This document shows positions 54,031 to 64,000 of a stretch of 64,000 nt of DNA, in pieces; positions within the stretch are counted from its first letter, which is position 1, and the number at the start of each line of letters is the position of its first letter. Position numbers and translations under genes: made by a program. Source of the stretch: Klebsormidium nitens (Eukaryota > Plantae > Klebsormidiophyceae); contig DF237262.1 in assembly GCA_000708835.1 (NCBI GenBank), forward strand, positions 41,079 through 105,078, written 5' to 3'. The notes beneath the pieces are model-generated. The model searched no databases. It was not told the origin of the DNA and saw only the letters and a program-made list of their open reading frames with translations.

Positions 54031-57000
54031 ATGGTTTCTTCTTATCTCTCGGAGCCCCGAGATACTCAAGGTTCCAGCATTTTCAAAGACAAAGATCTAG
54101 GAGACCAGTACCTAACACAACGGCTCCTCAAGGACCTTCTAGCAGACCCGCCTCCGCCCCCGGAGGCTACGGTCTTTGACACCGCCGCCGACGTCTGCAA
54201 TGCTGCTAGTCAGGACCCTTCTGTTGTGTCCAATTCGAGGGCCAATGCTGGCGCCGTAATCCAAGTGTCAAAACAGAGACGTGCAGTGGAAGATAGGATG
54301 GCGCCGACCAGAAAATCAGTCGCGCCCCTGGAGTCGAGCAGTACTGCAAGCAAGAAGACAGGAAAGGCCCAGCTTGGGAAGCTTGCTGTCAGCATGACGT
54401 CAGAAAAGAGCGTGGTGTTGGCGAAAAGCCAGCGGCCACACTTCTTGAGCGGTCAGGAGCACAGTTTGTCGTCAGCAATATCAGACGCGCGATTCAGCGC
54501 TGCGCCCGACGTGTTTGGCGACTCGTACGCTCCCACAATGAGTACTTTGGTCGCCCTCCCGGATGGCGGTCGCGTGTCCGGACGGTCTTCTTCGGATGGG
54601 GAGAGCGTGACGTCACCTCTGGCCAAGGAGGAGCCTCCAGGCGTGTTTAGGAATGCATGCCAGATTGGTAAAGCTGTCACAAAGTCAAAAACGGGTCAGG
54701 GTGGGTTAAGCAGAAAGGGCTTTGAGAGCAAGACTGAGACGGAGGTTGACGAAGAGACCAGAACCAATGGGTTAAGGGCCAATGGGTCAAGGAGGGTTAG
54801 GGCGGGTTCGGAGGTGCGGCGGCGGTCCTCAAGTGGGAGCACTGCCTCCGAAACGCGCTCCAAGAAAACGGCCGCTCCTAGTTCCCCGGTCAAAAAGCAA
54901 GAGAAGGTTGCAGAGAGAGGCGGAGGGAAAGGGAAGCCGAGGGTTGGAGTGGCGCACAAAGACAAGGTTACAGAAGTTAGCGATGCGGTCTCGATTGCCA
55001 GCTGTCAAGGCGAGGGGATGAAGTGGGCGGGAGGCTCAGCGGAGAGTCTGGTCACCGGGTTAACCCGCAAACTGCAAAATTTGGAGGCCGAATTGTCCAG
55101 AAGCAAGTCCATTTCGTCGGAAAGTGAGGCTGACCTGCTCGAAAGCAGAGCCAGTGAAGCGGAGGTGCGGCGTCTGATGGCTGAGCAGACGGGACAGCTG
55201 GCAGCGTTGAAAGAGAAGGCTAACCGAGCGGAGGGGCTGCTTGAGGAAACTCGGAAGAGGGAGAAGGAGTTGGTGGAGATGGCCGGGTTTGTGCGGAAGT
55301 TACAGGAGCGGGTTAAGAACTTGGAGCACGAAAATGCAGCGCTGCGCAGAGAGGGGCGCGGAAGCGCAAAGGTGGAGAAAGGGGAAGGGACGGAGGGTCT
55401 GGTTCGGGAGGTGGCGAATGAGAGTGCCTTTACGGAGAACGGGGTCAACGTCGAAACCAGGTTTTCGACCGGTCGCGAATCTGGATTTAAGAGCGACTGT
55501 AAGACTGAAGTTACAGCCAAGAACGGAAGCGGGTTCGAGACAGGGTCCAGCAGTGAAGTCGCGGCTGAGCCGAAGGGAGAGGCGTATCCGCCAAGCCAGA
55601 CGAGTGCGGAGTCGGGAGGAGTAGGTGACAGCAAGGAAGCGGAAAGACTGCGACGAAAAGTGAACCGGTTGACGGAAGAAGTGGGCGAGATGAAGGCCTT
55701 TCTGGCGGACTACGGGTTAATGTGGGTTGGGAACACCCACCCCAGTAAAGCGGTTTCCTCTTCCGGGCAGGCTTGCCCAGGGTCTGAGTCAGTGGAAAAG
55801 CGCCCGGGGAGTCCAACCGGGGAAGGGCAGTGGGAGCCCTCCAAGTCGTGGGCTCCGGTTATGGGTCGAGGAAACAACACGGCGACGGTAACGGATGAAA
55901 CTGCTCCCAAACGTCTGCCTACCAAAACGCCTGCCGTTTCCGTTCCATCCTGGTTAGCAGCGCACCTCGAAGAGCAGAACGGAAAGGTTTCCTCGACGGA
56001 GGCTAAGTTGCCGAACGCTTCGAGCCCAAAGCTCTCGAGCCCAGACGCTGTGACAAAACAACCAACCGGAAACCTTTCGAGCCCCATCTCCGCAGAACAC
56101 GGGACCATGAAACCGGCAAATTTGGACTTGCCTTGCCAGAGCCAGCGGACGCTGAACTCAGCGGAGAAAAGCTCGTCCGAAATCGTCCGGAAGTCGTCAA
56201 ACCCCCTGGGAAAGCGCGATGAGAGTATCGATGTCCGTGCGCTGAGGGAAGCGATCGACGGCCTGAACGCGCTCGTGAACGAAGGCGGCGCGACCGTTGT
56301 GACCAGCCCAGGCGGACGGGAGCATCGCTTACAGGTCAGGGAATAAGCTATGCACCAGGATCGGCCTGTCGCAAAGGGTCACTAACGGAACACTAAGAGA
56401 AAGGGACAAGCTTGCAGCGTGACACAAGCAAAAATAAGCAGCCTCTTTGATCCTAAAGGGAGTGGTAAAATGATCTGGTGTCCGGTTTTCAGTCCCGCCC
56501 TCCTGCCTGCTTGTCGTTCTCTCTTTTATTTAGCCTGCCACAGGATAGGCAATTTGTCGAGGACAGCGTTTGCTTATGTTTTGCGAAATAATCGAGGGGT
56601 ATACAGGATCAAAAGCTGGTAATCAGCCTTTGCAGAAATTTCACAGAAAGTCGAAGGTTTTTCTGCAAGAGCGACTTGAAAAGTCTACGCAAGCTGCCTG
56701 TCCACAGGAGCTCCAACCCCATTATCACAGACTTCATCTTCCCTCCCTTCTTCTTTCGACTCTTCAAGTTCTGACGTCGTTGCTGACAGGAGCCGGCCAG
56801 CATCCCGCTCACCATCTACGCCAACGGAATCCAGCTCGGCAACGGAACGGAGTTCCGGCCCGCCGGCTCGCCCGCGGCGCGCTCCCTGCTCGCGGACATT
56901 TTGGACGGCTTCTTTCCGTACGAACTGAAGGCGACCCACCCGGACGGCGTTCCGCTGCGCCTTGTCGACCGGAGCGCGGAATGCTTCACGCTTCCGTTCC

Positions 57001-58401
57001 AGCCTTTCCGGGGGGAGAAGCGGGTGCTCGTCAGCAGGGAGAACGGATTGGAGCGGAAGGAACCAAATGGAACGGAGGGCGGAAGGAAGGGCGGGATCGA
57101 AGGGGGCGGGCTAAGTCTGGCAAGCGGATTTGGAAACGGAATTTCCGCTTCGGCGGCGGAAGAGGGAAGCGGAAAGGTGATCATCTCACTTTCGACTAGC
57201 AGCGTTTCAATCAAACCATCGGTTGACGAGCCGCCCAGCGCCGGCGGAATGCTGACATCACGAGAAGCAACTAGAGCGAGCCGCGCGGAACCACATCCGG
57301 TCCTCGCATCGACGTCAGACGGCCTGTTTAGAGCCGATGCGCCGACTGAGGGGGGGCCAATTTGCCCCCAACCCGCACCCCTCACGCGGGAAGAGTTCTT
57401 GGACCGACTGCCCAAGAGAGTGATCCGCGGCGGAAAGCTGATCGACGTCCGCGGTGAGATCGCGCAGCTTCTGCGCCCCTTGGGCGGCGCGCGCGAGTGG
57501 GAGCGCGGCCGCGAGAGCGCGGCGGGCAAGCGCGCTCCGGAAGAGAGGATCACTCCCAGAGCATCGGCCGACAGCGGCCCTGCGTCGACGTCAGGTGACG
57601 TCAGCGCCCCGGAGAGGAACCAGAAAGCGCACAGCGGAAAAGGAGGAACGGGGAAGGAAAGTTTAGGTTTGCAACGTGGCAGTGAAAAGGAGGCGTCGCG
57701 GGCCGCGGTGCGGTTGAAGGTGCGGGGTTTGGAGGGTTTGGCCTGGGTGGTGGAGCTCCCGGTGGGCGCGACGGTCGGACAGCTGTACGAGACCGTTGAG
57801 AAGCTGAGGTACGCACCGGGACTCGATAGCGAAAGCAAAACTGAGTTCAAAGATTCTTTCCGGATTTCCAAGGACTGGAAGCAGACATTTGGTGGCTGTC
57901 AGCCTTCAAAGTTGTCTACAGTTTGCAGCTGACGGAATGTAGAACGTGGAATATGAGGGGAAGTCCTGTCGTGTGTGCTTGCAGGGCAGTTGTTGGCATT
58001 TGAGAAGTTTGGCAAGCGCCTCGAAAATATGTCCGGCTTATTCTTTCTCGTCACTTGTGACGTCCGTGGACAATCTTGCGACCGAATAGCGTCAGCAGAG
58101 GTCTATCTGACGGCCTTTCGTCCCACAAATCAGTAACGGCATCAGAGTCTTGTCAAGAAGCCCAACAGAGTACCCGAATGCATTTACCATAATCGGAACA
58201 ATTTTGCAAACCAGGAAGTCGAACTACCATCCGTTTCCTCGCAGGCGCAAGAGCAACGCAGTGGGCAAGGAACGAACCCCAACGGGCGCGTTCACACTGT
58301 CTACCACGTTTCCCACGGCGGCCCTTTCGGACAAAACAGCCACGCTGTCCGAGTTGGGTCTACAGCAGGACACCGTCCTTGTTCTCAACGAGGGCGTCTA
58401 G
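54031..58401 (+). CDS. UBXN11: UBX domain-containing protein, UBXN11-like (coiled coil, SEP and UBX domains; about 1,159 aa, 3 exons)
   Basis: Exons 54031-56334, 56790-57808 and 58245-58401 are in frame. Signature EMKAFLADYGLMWVG; SEP domain IPLTIYANGI...LLADILDGFFPYELKATHPDGVPLRLVDRS; REEFLDRLPKRVIRGGKLIDVRGEI; UBX domain VRLKVRGLEG...ATVGQL...FTLSTTFP...TLSELGL. Additional 5' exons cannot be excluded. Confidence 0.88.
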
Positions 58402-61400
58402 CCACGTGGTTCCGCTGCGGCCCCTTCGCAGAAAATCGGGTCCTCGTGCCGCCGAGGACTGAACAAGTTGCACTAGATTTAGCGACCCGTTAAATCCAGG
58501 CATACGTATACGGCCAATCTGGTCGCCGAGGCGTTATGGTTCATACGACGCTCTCTCATCGACGGCTCAGACTTTCAAGCAACCTTTGCAGCTTGAAGCT
58601 GACAATATCGTGAATGTCGTCATGGGCACATGAATGTTTTGAAAGCTAGACTCGTTCATAAAATTGGATGACCAAAAAGCGCTTGACGACCCGTGATGCA
58701 CAAACCCAGATGCCCAGAGGGGTTATCGAAACGCGAATGTAGGAGCATCAAGGAGCTACTTGTGCAACCGTCCCGCCGCATCAGATTGCGGCACAGCTGT
58801 CAAGGATTCCAGTCTGAGGAATGCTGTGAGCTTATATACCCAGTGATCGCGAGATATAGAGCAGGACGCATTGATGGAAACGCAGCTACAGTACTGGTTT
58901 CACAGGGCCCGTCGTCGAGGCTACTGTCTGATAAAGAGCATATACAGACGCGGGACCGGGAGCCGCACTGCGACGTTTATATTGCTTGCGATAGCGCGCA
59001 CCGAGCTTGAAGCACCAATCAAATGCATGATGCACGGTTCGAACCACTGCTTGAACTGTGCCACGCTCCGGACAACGCGCTTCGAGCAAACTGGGCGACA
59101 CATGGTACGTGCGGTTCATACAGCATTTCCAGATCCGTATGACAAAGAAGAGATCGTTTTATAAGCGCATCTAGAGATAATCCGTGATCAGAGAATTCGG
59201 TCTTGAATTCAAATACCCGCTTCATTCCGCATAAATCATTGTCACCTGTTTCAGAGTCAGGCCCTTGGACTTCAAGGCGGAGCTTACGGACTATCCTTCT
59301 CCGTCGATAGACAATCGTTCGATTTCAAGATCTGGTTCCGGGACAAGATGAGGTCGGATGGGAATTTTCTCCCGTACTCATCTGCCGAAGCGGTCCCGAA
59401 TCCAGGATAAGCAATCGGGGTAGAAGACGGACCGAGGAGTGAGGGCTATCTGCAACAACGTGGGATGACGTCTTGAGTGATCTGATCATGCCAGTTAATG
59501 GAATGACCGCCAAAAATCACTTCTTACGCCGCGTTTTCAGCCAATACATGTCTTACGTCAGGTCCTGATGCAGAGAGAGGGAACAGGGGCTTGCGCAAAC
59601 TCACGTTCCTGTCTCTCCGATGCTTTCCCGCGTTGTGGTGATGACAAGCAGCCAACGCTTTCATGAACGAAGAGCGAAGCGCCTCCCGCTCCAGCTGCAA
59701 AAGGAAGAGCACGAAGTCATAGCATTTTCAAGGCAACATGAGCTGGCCCAGACGAAAGGAATTAAATACCCAAGTGCAGGGCTTTCTCCCTGTGTCGTTG
59801 CGAATGTACAAAGTATCTCTAAAATTCCCGGGACTGTCACATGCAAGCAAGGCAGCCACAGCAAGAGAAAGGGCACTCATAGGGCGGTCCTCACATGGGT
59901 TCTTGGCGAGCCTTCCCGAGTGGAGCGCTCCCCAAAACTCTCGTAATATCATCTGCTTCAGAAATGCATCCCGCGGAAAAGCAAAACCTTGCCAGTTTCA
60001 TTACACCGTCCGAGGACTGAGCGCCGATCATCCCCCTATGAGCGTCCCTGAGAATATCGCGACAAGATTCTGGCGGATGAAAAGACGTGTTATCGATTCC
60101 TGAGGGTCTGAAAATAGCCACATGTGAGCGCCCTATCAACGAGTCAGTGTTGCTCTCACCAGCCCCCTTTGGTTCATATAGTCCTGGCGACGAAACCATT
60201 AATGCACATAGGTGCGGAACGCGCGCTCTAGGTCCGTCCGTCCCAAAACCTTCACCAAGGATTGGAAATTCTGCACAAGAACACGGCAACTGAACAAATC
60301 AAGCCAAATAGACGATTTGCTTCTCGCCCGGTGCTTCAGGCGATGGGTCCGTCTTTTACTGATCCTCAACCAAGGAATCACACGTCACGACTGGACAAAC
60401 CAAACAGACACTTTGCTTTCAGCAAGTAGTTCTTTACCTTCTTCCCCAGTCCTCCTCCAACAACATAATTGCCTTTCTGCCTGACTTCCTGACTATAGCA
60501 CGAAGTCACACTACTGAACAAAGCGAACCGACGCTTTGCTTCTGGCTAAGTGTCTGAACAACGTGGAGGCACCTGAATTGCACTATCTTCCTCGACCACC
60601 ATGAAGGGGCCTCAAAGGATAGCTGCTTTCCCACCATCTCGACTCCCTGGTAATTAATTAGGACCTTTTGCAAGCTCTAGTCGACTGATTAGTCCCAGCA
60701 AGTCTCCGCTGTGTACCTTGCCTGATTCGGTCTCTGCCCTCTCTCGTCCGTGGGCGGACTTGATGAAACTGTTTGAAAATGATCAAGGTTTGGCAGCTTG
60801 GTTGATTGGCTACATCTACTTGCCAATCGTAGGCACATATAAAGGCCTCTGTTTGCCATATGCTCAATTGCACGGAGTTTCGAAGATCGAGTCGTGGGGA
60901 CTTCCTTCGGCCTAGTCAACACCGTTCCCACCTCTTCACTAGGAAAGTGAAGCCTCCGTTCCGATCGATCAAGTTCTGCAAGACTCTAGTCTCGTGTTTT
61001 GCAAACTTTCAAATGAACCCGGATCTGGCTGCGCCACTCTTGCGTCGAGCAGCTTCAAGTACTCCGTTCAATCTCCTCCATCAAACGAAAATTGCAAATT
61101 TATTTTCGTTTGAGGAAAAAGTTCGGGATCTACCAACCGTCGACCGTTCGTTGAGCCTGGCATCTCTCTTAACCCCGGTGTCTCTGGTTGAACTTTGACG
61201 CGGGTCTTTCTTAGATCACAAGACGGATTTGATATGTCTTACCGGCTTCCTTTTCGAAATCGCATGATCCTGATGTAGTGAGAATGAAAGGATTCGTCCT
61301 CATGCTCGAACATTGTTCTGGCTGCTTCCAATGAAGAGCGCAGCAGATCACATCTCAATGTTTTGGATCACGGTGGACTTCGAAAAGATGCTTCAGGAGG

Positions 61401-61646
61401 GAGTCAGATCATGCAGTGGCTGCTGTCGGATTGCTCGAGATTGTAGAGGAACACGAGGCCTTGCTAAAGCATATCTTAGAACGCGTGCTTCGATCAGTTA
61501 CAAAATACTTACTGTTGGTGAAAGGCAACGGCAGGCAGCTCGTTCCGTGCAGATGTTCTTCTTCGGAGACGCGTAGGAACTTCAAGAAGGTTCCGAAGTT
61601 TCCTATAAGCAGAAACAAAGCAAACATGTACGTTTGTTCCATGCGA

Positions 61647-61766
61647 AACGAATGTCTAATGTTTGGCGTTACTAGTAATTTCGCTCTCGTTTAACGAGGC
61701 ATACTCAACGAATGTCCAATGTTTGGCGTTACTAGAAACTTCGCTCTCGTTTAACGAGGCATACTT
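61647..61766. repeat. 60-bp direct tandem duplication
   Basis: AACGAATGTCYAATGTTTGGCGTTACTAG.AA.TTCGCTCTCGTTTAACGAGGCATACT at 61647 and 61707, with about 4 mismatches. Confidence 0.92.
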
Positions 61767-62471
61767 ATGATCGTCTTTAGGCCTTTTTTGACTTCTTTGT
61801 AGTCTATTTCGTTCAGGATACTTTTCAGAAGTGAGTTCAGTGTTTGTCGTAATCGATGTGACACTCAATTTTATTTTTGACTCAGCAGAGTTGGTTCAAC
61901 AAGTTTCTGAGCTTCGACATGAGACAAATTCTTGTCAAGGATTGGCTCACTAGCCCGTTTTTACGAATATGCAGGCTTTCCATCTGGCGCCACTCTGCAC
62001 TCCCTTCAAAGATGCGAGGTACTCCTCCTTACAAAGTAGGGCTCTCGATCCAGAATGGAAAGACATCAAATTATCTAGGTTAGTTGGAACGAACGAACAT
62101 AGTTCCGCGCACACTTTTGGGTTCTGCTCATACGTGGCGACCAGGCGGCTACCAGTGGGGTGCACGGCGGCGCGAGACTACAAGCTCCTATGGAATCATT
62201 TTAACCGAATGCAGATTTCAATCATTTCGTCATGTCGCATAAATTCTGGACGATGGAGCCAATCTCCATTCATCCGACATGCGAATGGACAGGCGAATGG
62301 ATGCGAGAACCCGACGGAACTTTAAGAATTCGCCCCGTGTTGGCAGCAGGTCGGCAGTCTACGGTGCGACAAACTTTTATAGAGTGAAAGTTCGCGCGAC
62401 CGCGGGGACCGCGTCCGGATGGATAGGCCGTGACTTCTCTTGGCCCGTGGAAGTTTTTAAGGTCGCGCTCT

Positions 62472-63269
62472 TGTAGGGTCTACCGGCTGGTGTCCAAAGC
62501 TAAGGTGGGGGGAGGCTTGTGGTCAGCGCCCCGGCCGCTTTTTCCAGCTGAATACAGGGCAAACTGCCCCTATTTTTGACCCACTTTGTAGCATATTCGG
62601 CCATATATCAATATATATAGGCTTCGGGCAGATTGGCTTGCCTTAGGCTTCAGAGGCAACCCCTTGCCAGGGATTCCCATGGACTTTCGTCCCGGCCAGC
62701 CAGCCACAGGCAGCCCCCCGGTTGTACTAGCTGGGGGGTAGGCAACTGCAACTGGCTCTACCGGCCAGCTGAGCGCCCTACGGGCCTGTCGATTTTACCA
62801 CTACCGAGCTGGCGGGGTGCCTTCGGCACCAGCCAGGGTCCCTTCCCGGCCAGCCAGGTCCGCCCCAGGCTGCCAATTGTGGGAATCCCGATTCCCTGCC
62901 CCTTGCGTTTGTACACGGGGGCCAACCGCCGCGAGAACGGCCGATTTCATGTAACGAATCGGCGAAGCTGGTCGATTTTCGATACAAAGCCTCTGTGCCA
63001 AATCTGTGGCCCTGATTGTATGTGTCCAATTTTGACACTGATTTAATTGGTAGACTTTTAGAGGAGGTGCAACTCTCCGGACTCCGCATTTTCGGGTGGG
63101 CTCCGCGTTTCTCGGCCACATAAGGAACGTCGGTCGGTACCGAGTCCCGACGGGCTTGGAGCAGCTATGACGTTCTTCGTCGATCGGAGCGGTCAAGTTT
63201 TGGGTTTGTTTACAGGTTGTCATTTGAGCTCATGACCCCGGGTTAGCGCCCCAAAACCCATAATCTACA
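62472..63269. mobile_element. Possible solo LTR or structured repeat (798 bp, TGTAG...CTACA termini)
   Basis: Inverted termini TGTAG/CTACA; TATA-rich block at 62603-62619; repeated CCCGGCCAGCCAG; several GC hairpins. No target-site duplication was found, so support is weak. Confidence 0.25.
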
Positions 63270-63486
63270 AAGGTATAACCACACAAAGGCAACTTGCCAC
63301 TCATATTCCCCGCAGGTGAGCAGATCGGTTCACCGCTTGTTCTGAGTTGCCAGGCGGAGGGGGCGGGCGGCCCCGACGGGGGCTTGAGCCTTGAGGCCTC
63401 TGGAGAAAGGGGCCTGAAGAATACCTCTTAGAGGCTACCCTGCTGCCAATACAAATTACCCCAACAGGACTTCGGCATTCAGGACG

Positions 63487-63999
63487 ATGGAGCCAATCTC
63501 AGGGACCGCTGCTCTTTCCTGTCTGAAGGGGTGCGTCGCTTTGGTTCAAGAGATTTTGAACCTCCGCGCAGGCCTTCAGTTTCACAAACAAAAGGCTGGG
63601 GAGTTGGTCCGTCGCTGCGCACTATTGATGGAGTACCTCAATGAGGTTGTTGAGAGCGGGCCCGTTCATCAAACGGCTGCTGGAGCTTTGGAGCAGCTGC
63701 AAGAGCATCTAGTGAGAGCATATGAGGTGCTTCAGAAATGCGGAAGGGGCCGTATATATAGAGTCATCAACTACCGGGCTCTTCAAGATGACATTATAGA
63801 TGTGAACACTTCCATCTCTGCGTGTCTGGGGGACTACAATTTCTTCAACGGCATCCCTCGCGCGAGCCAGCCGCATTTGAAGAGACTGAGAGCAAATGTC
63901 CGCACGTATGGGGCCCTGAGTGTTGAAGAACGGTCGGCCGACGGGATACCTAAGGCTGCCTCAGGTATTGAGATTGCAGAGACCGATGGCGGTGGTTGA
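63487..63999 (+). CDS. N-terminal four-helix-bundle domain protein (MLKL-NTD / MCAfunc-like); probably the first exon of a gene extending beyond the window
   Basis: HKQKAGELVRRCALLMEYL...ALEQLQEHLVRAYEVLQKCGRGRIYRVINYRALQDDIIDVNTSISACL fits the helical pattern of plant MLKL/MCA/U-box N-terminal domains. A possible donor (TCAG|gtattg) at about 63965 precedes the TGA. Confidence 0.6.
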   Translation: MEPISGTAALSCLKGCVALVQEILNLRAGLQFHKQKAGELVRRCALLMEYLNEVVESGPVHQTAAGALEQLQEHLVRAYEVLQKCGRGRIYRVINYRALQDDIIDVNTSISACLGDYNFFNGIPRASQPHLKRLRANVRTYGALSVEERSADGIPKAASGIEIAETDGGG

Positions 64000-64000
64000 G

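Noticed and set aside
58693-59946. Possible plus-strand exons (e.g. SQALGLQGGAYGLSFSVDRQSFDFKIWFRDKMR)
   Set aside because: Only a partial phase chain, no start or stop established, and no recognisable motif.
61416-61694. Helical ORF (LLEIVEEHEALLKHILERVLRSVTKYLL) considered as a relic paralogue of the downstream four-helix-bundle gene
   Set aside because: No convincing residue-level similarity to 63487..63999. Amphipathic patterning alone is insufficient.

Overview
Eukaryotic nuclear DNA: GC-rich coding exons with many GT-AG spliceosomal introns. It carries plant-type markers (QALGGH zinc fingers, plant-type U2 snRNA) together with centriole/cilium genes and TTTTAGGG-like repeats, so a flagellate-stage streptophyte alga such as Klebsormidium is the likely source (inference). 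Gene models were built by hand by chaining canonical splice sites with compatible phases. Left to right: a single-exon plant membrane protein (+); a very large (>2,500 aa) AT-hook / 4x C2H2 QALGGH / EAR-motif transcription factor (-); a poorly interpretable 16-22 kb stretch containing a dense GTAC cluster; isovaleryl-CoA dehydrogenase (-, 11 exons); a SAS-4/CPAP/CENPJ homologue (+, 8 exons); a NEK1-like kinase (-, 11 exons) with a complete U2 snRNA gene in intron 9 and a MITE-like hairpin in intron 10; a UBXN11-like protein (+); and the start of an MLKL-NTD/MCAfunc-like four-helix-bundle protein (+). The most striking unexplained pattern is that at least seven exon boundaries in three unrelated genes are flanked by decaying tandem copies of the exon edge plus its splice site. 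Most units are about 125-190 bp, and they leave decoy splice sites in the introns. The zinc-finger repeats of the transcription factor look like an exonised product of the same process.
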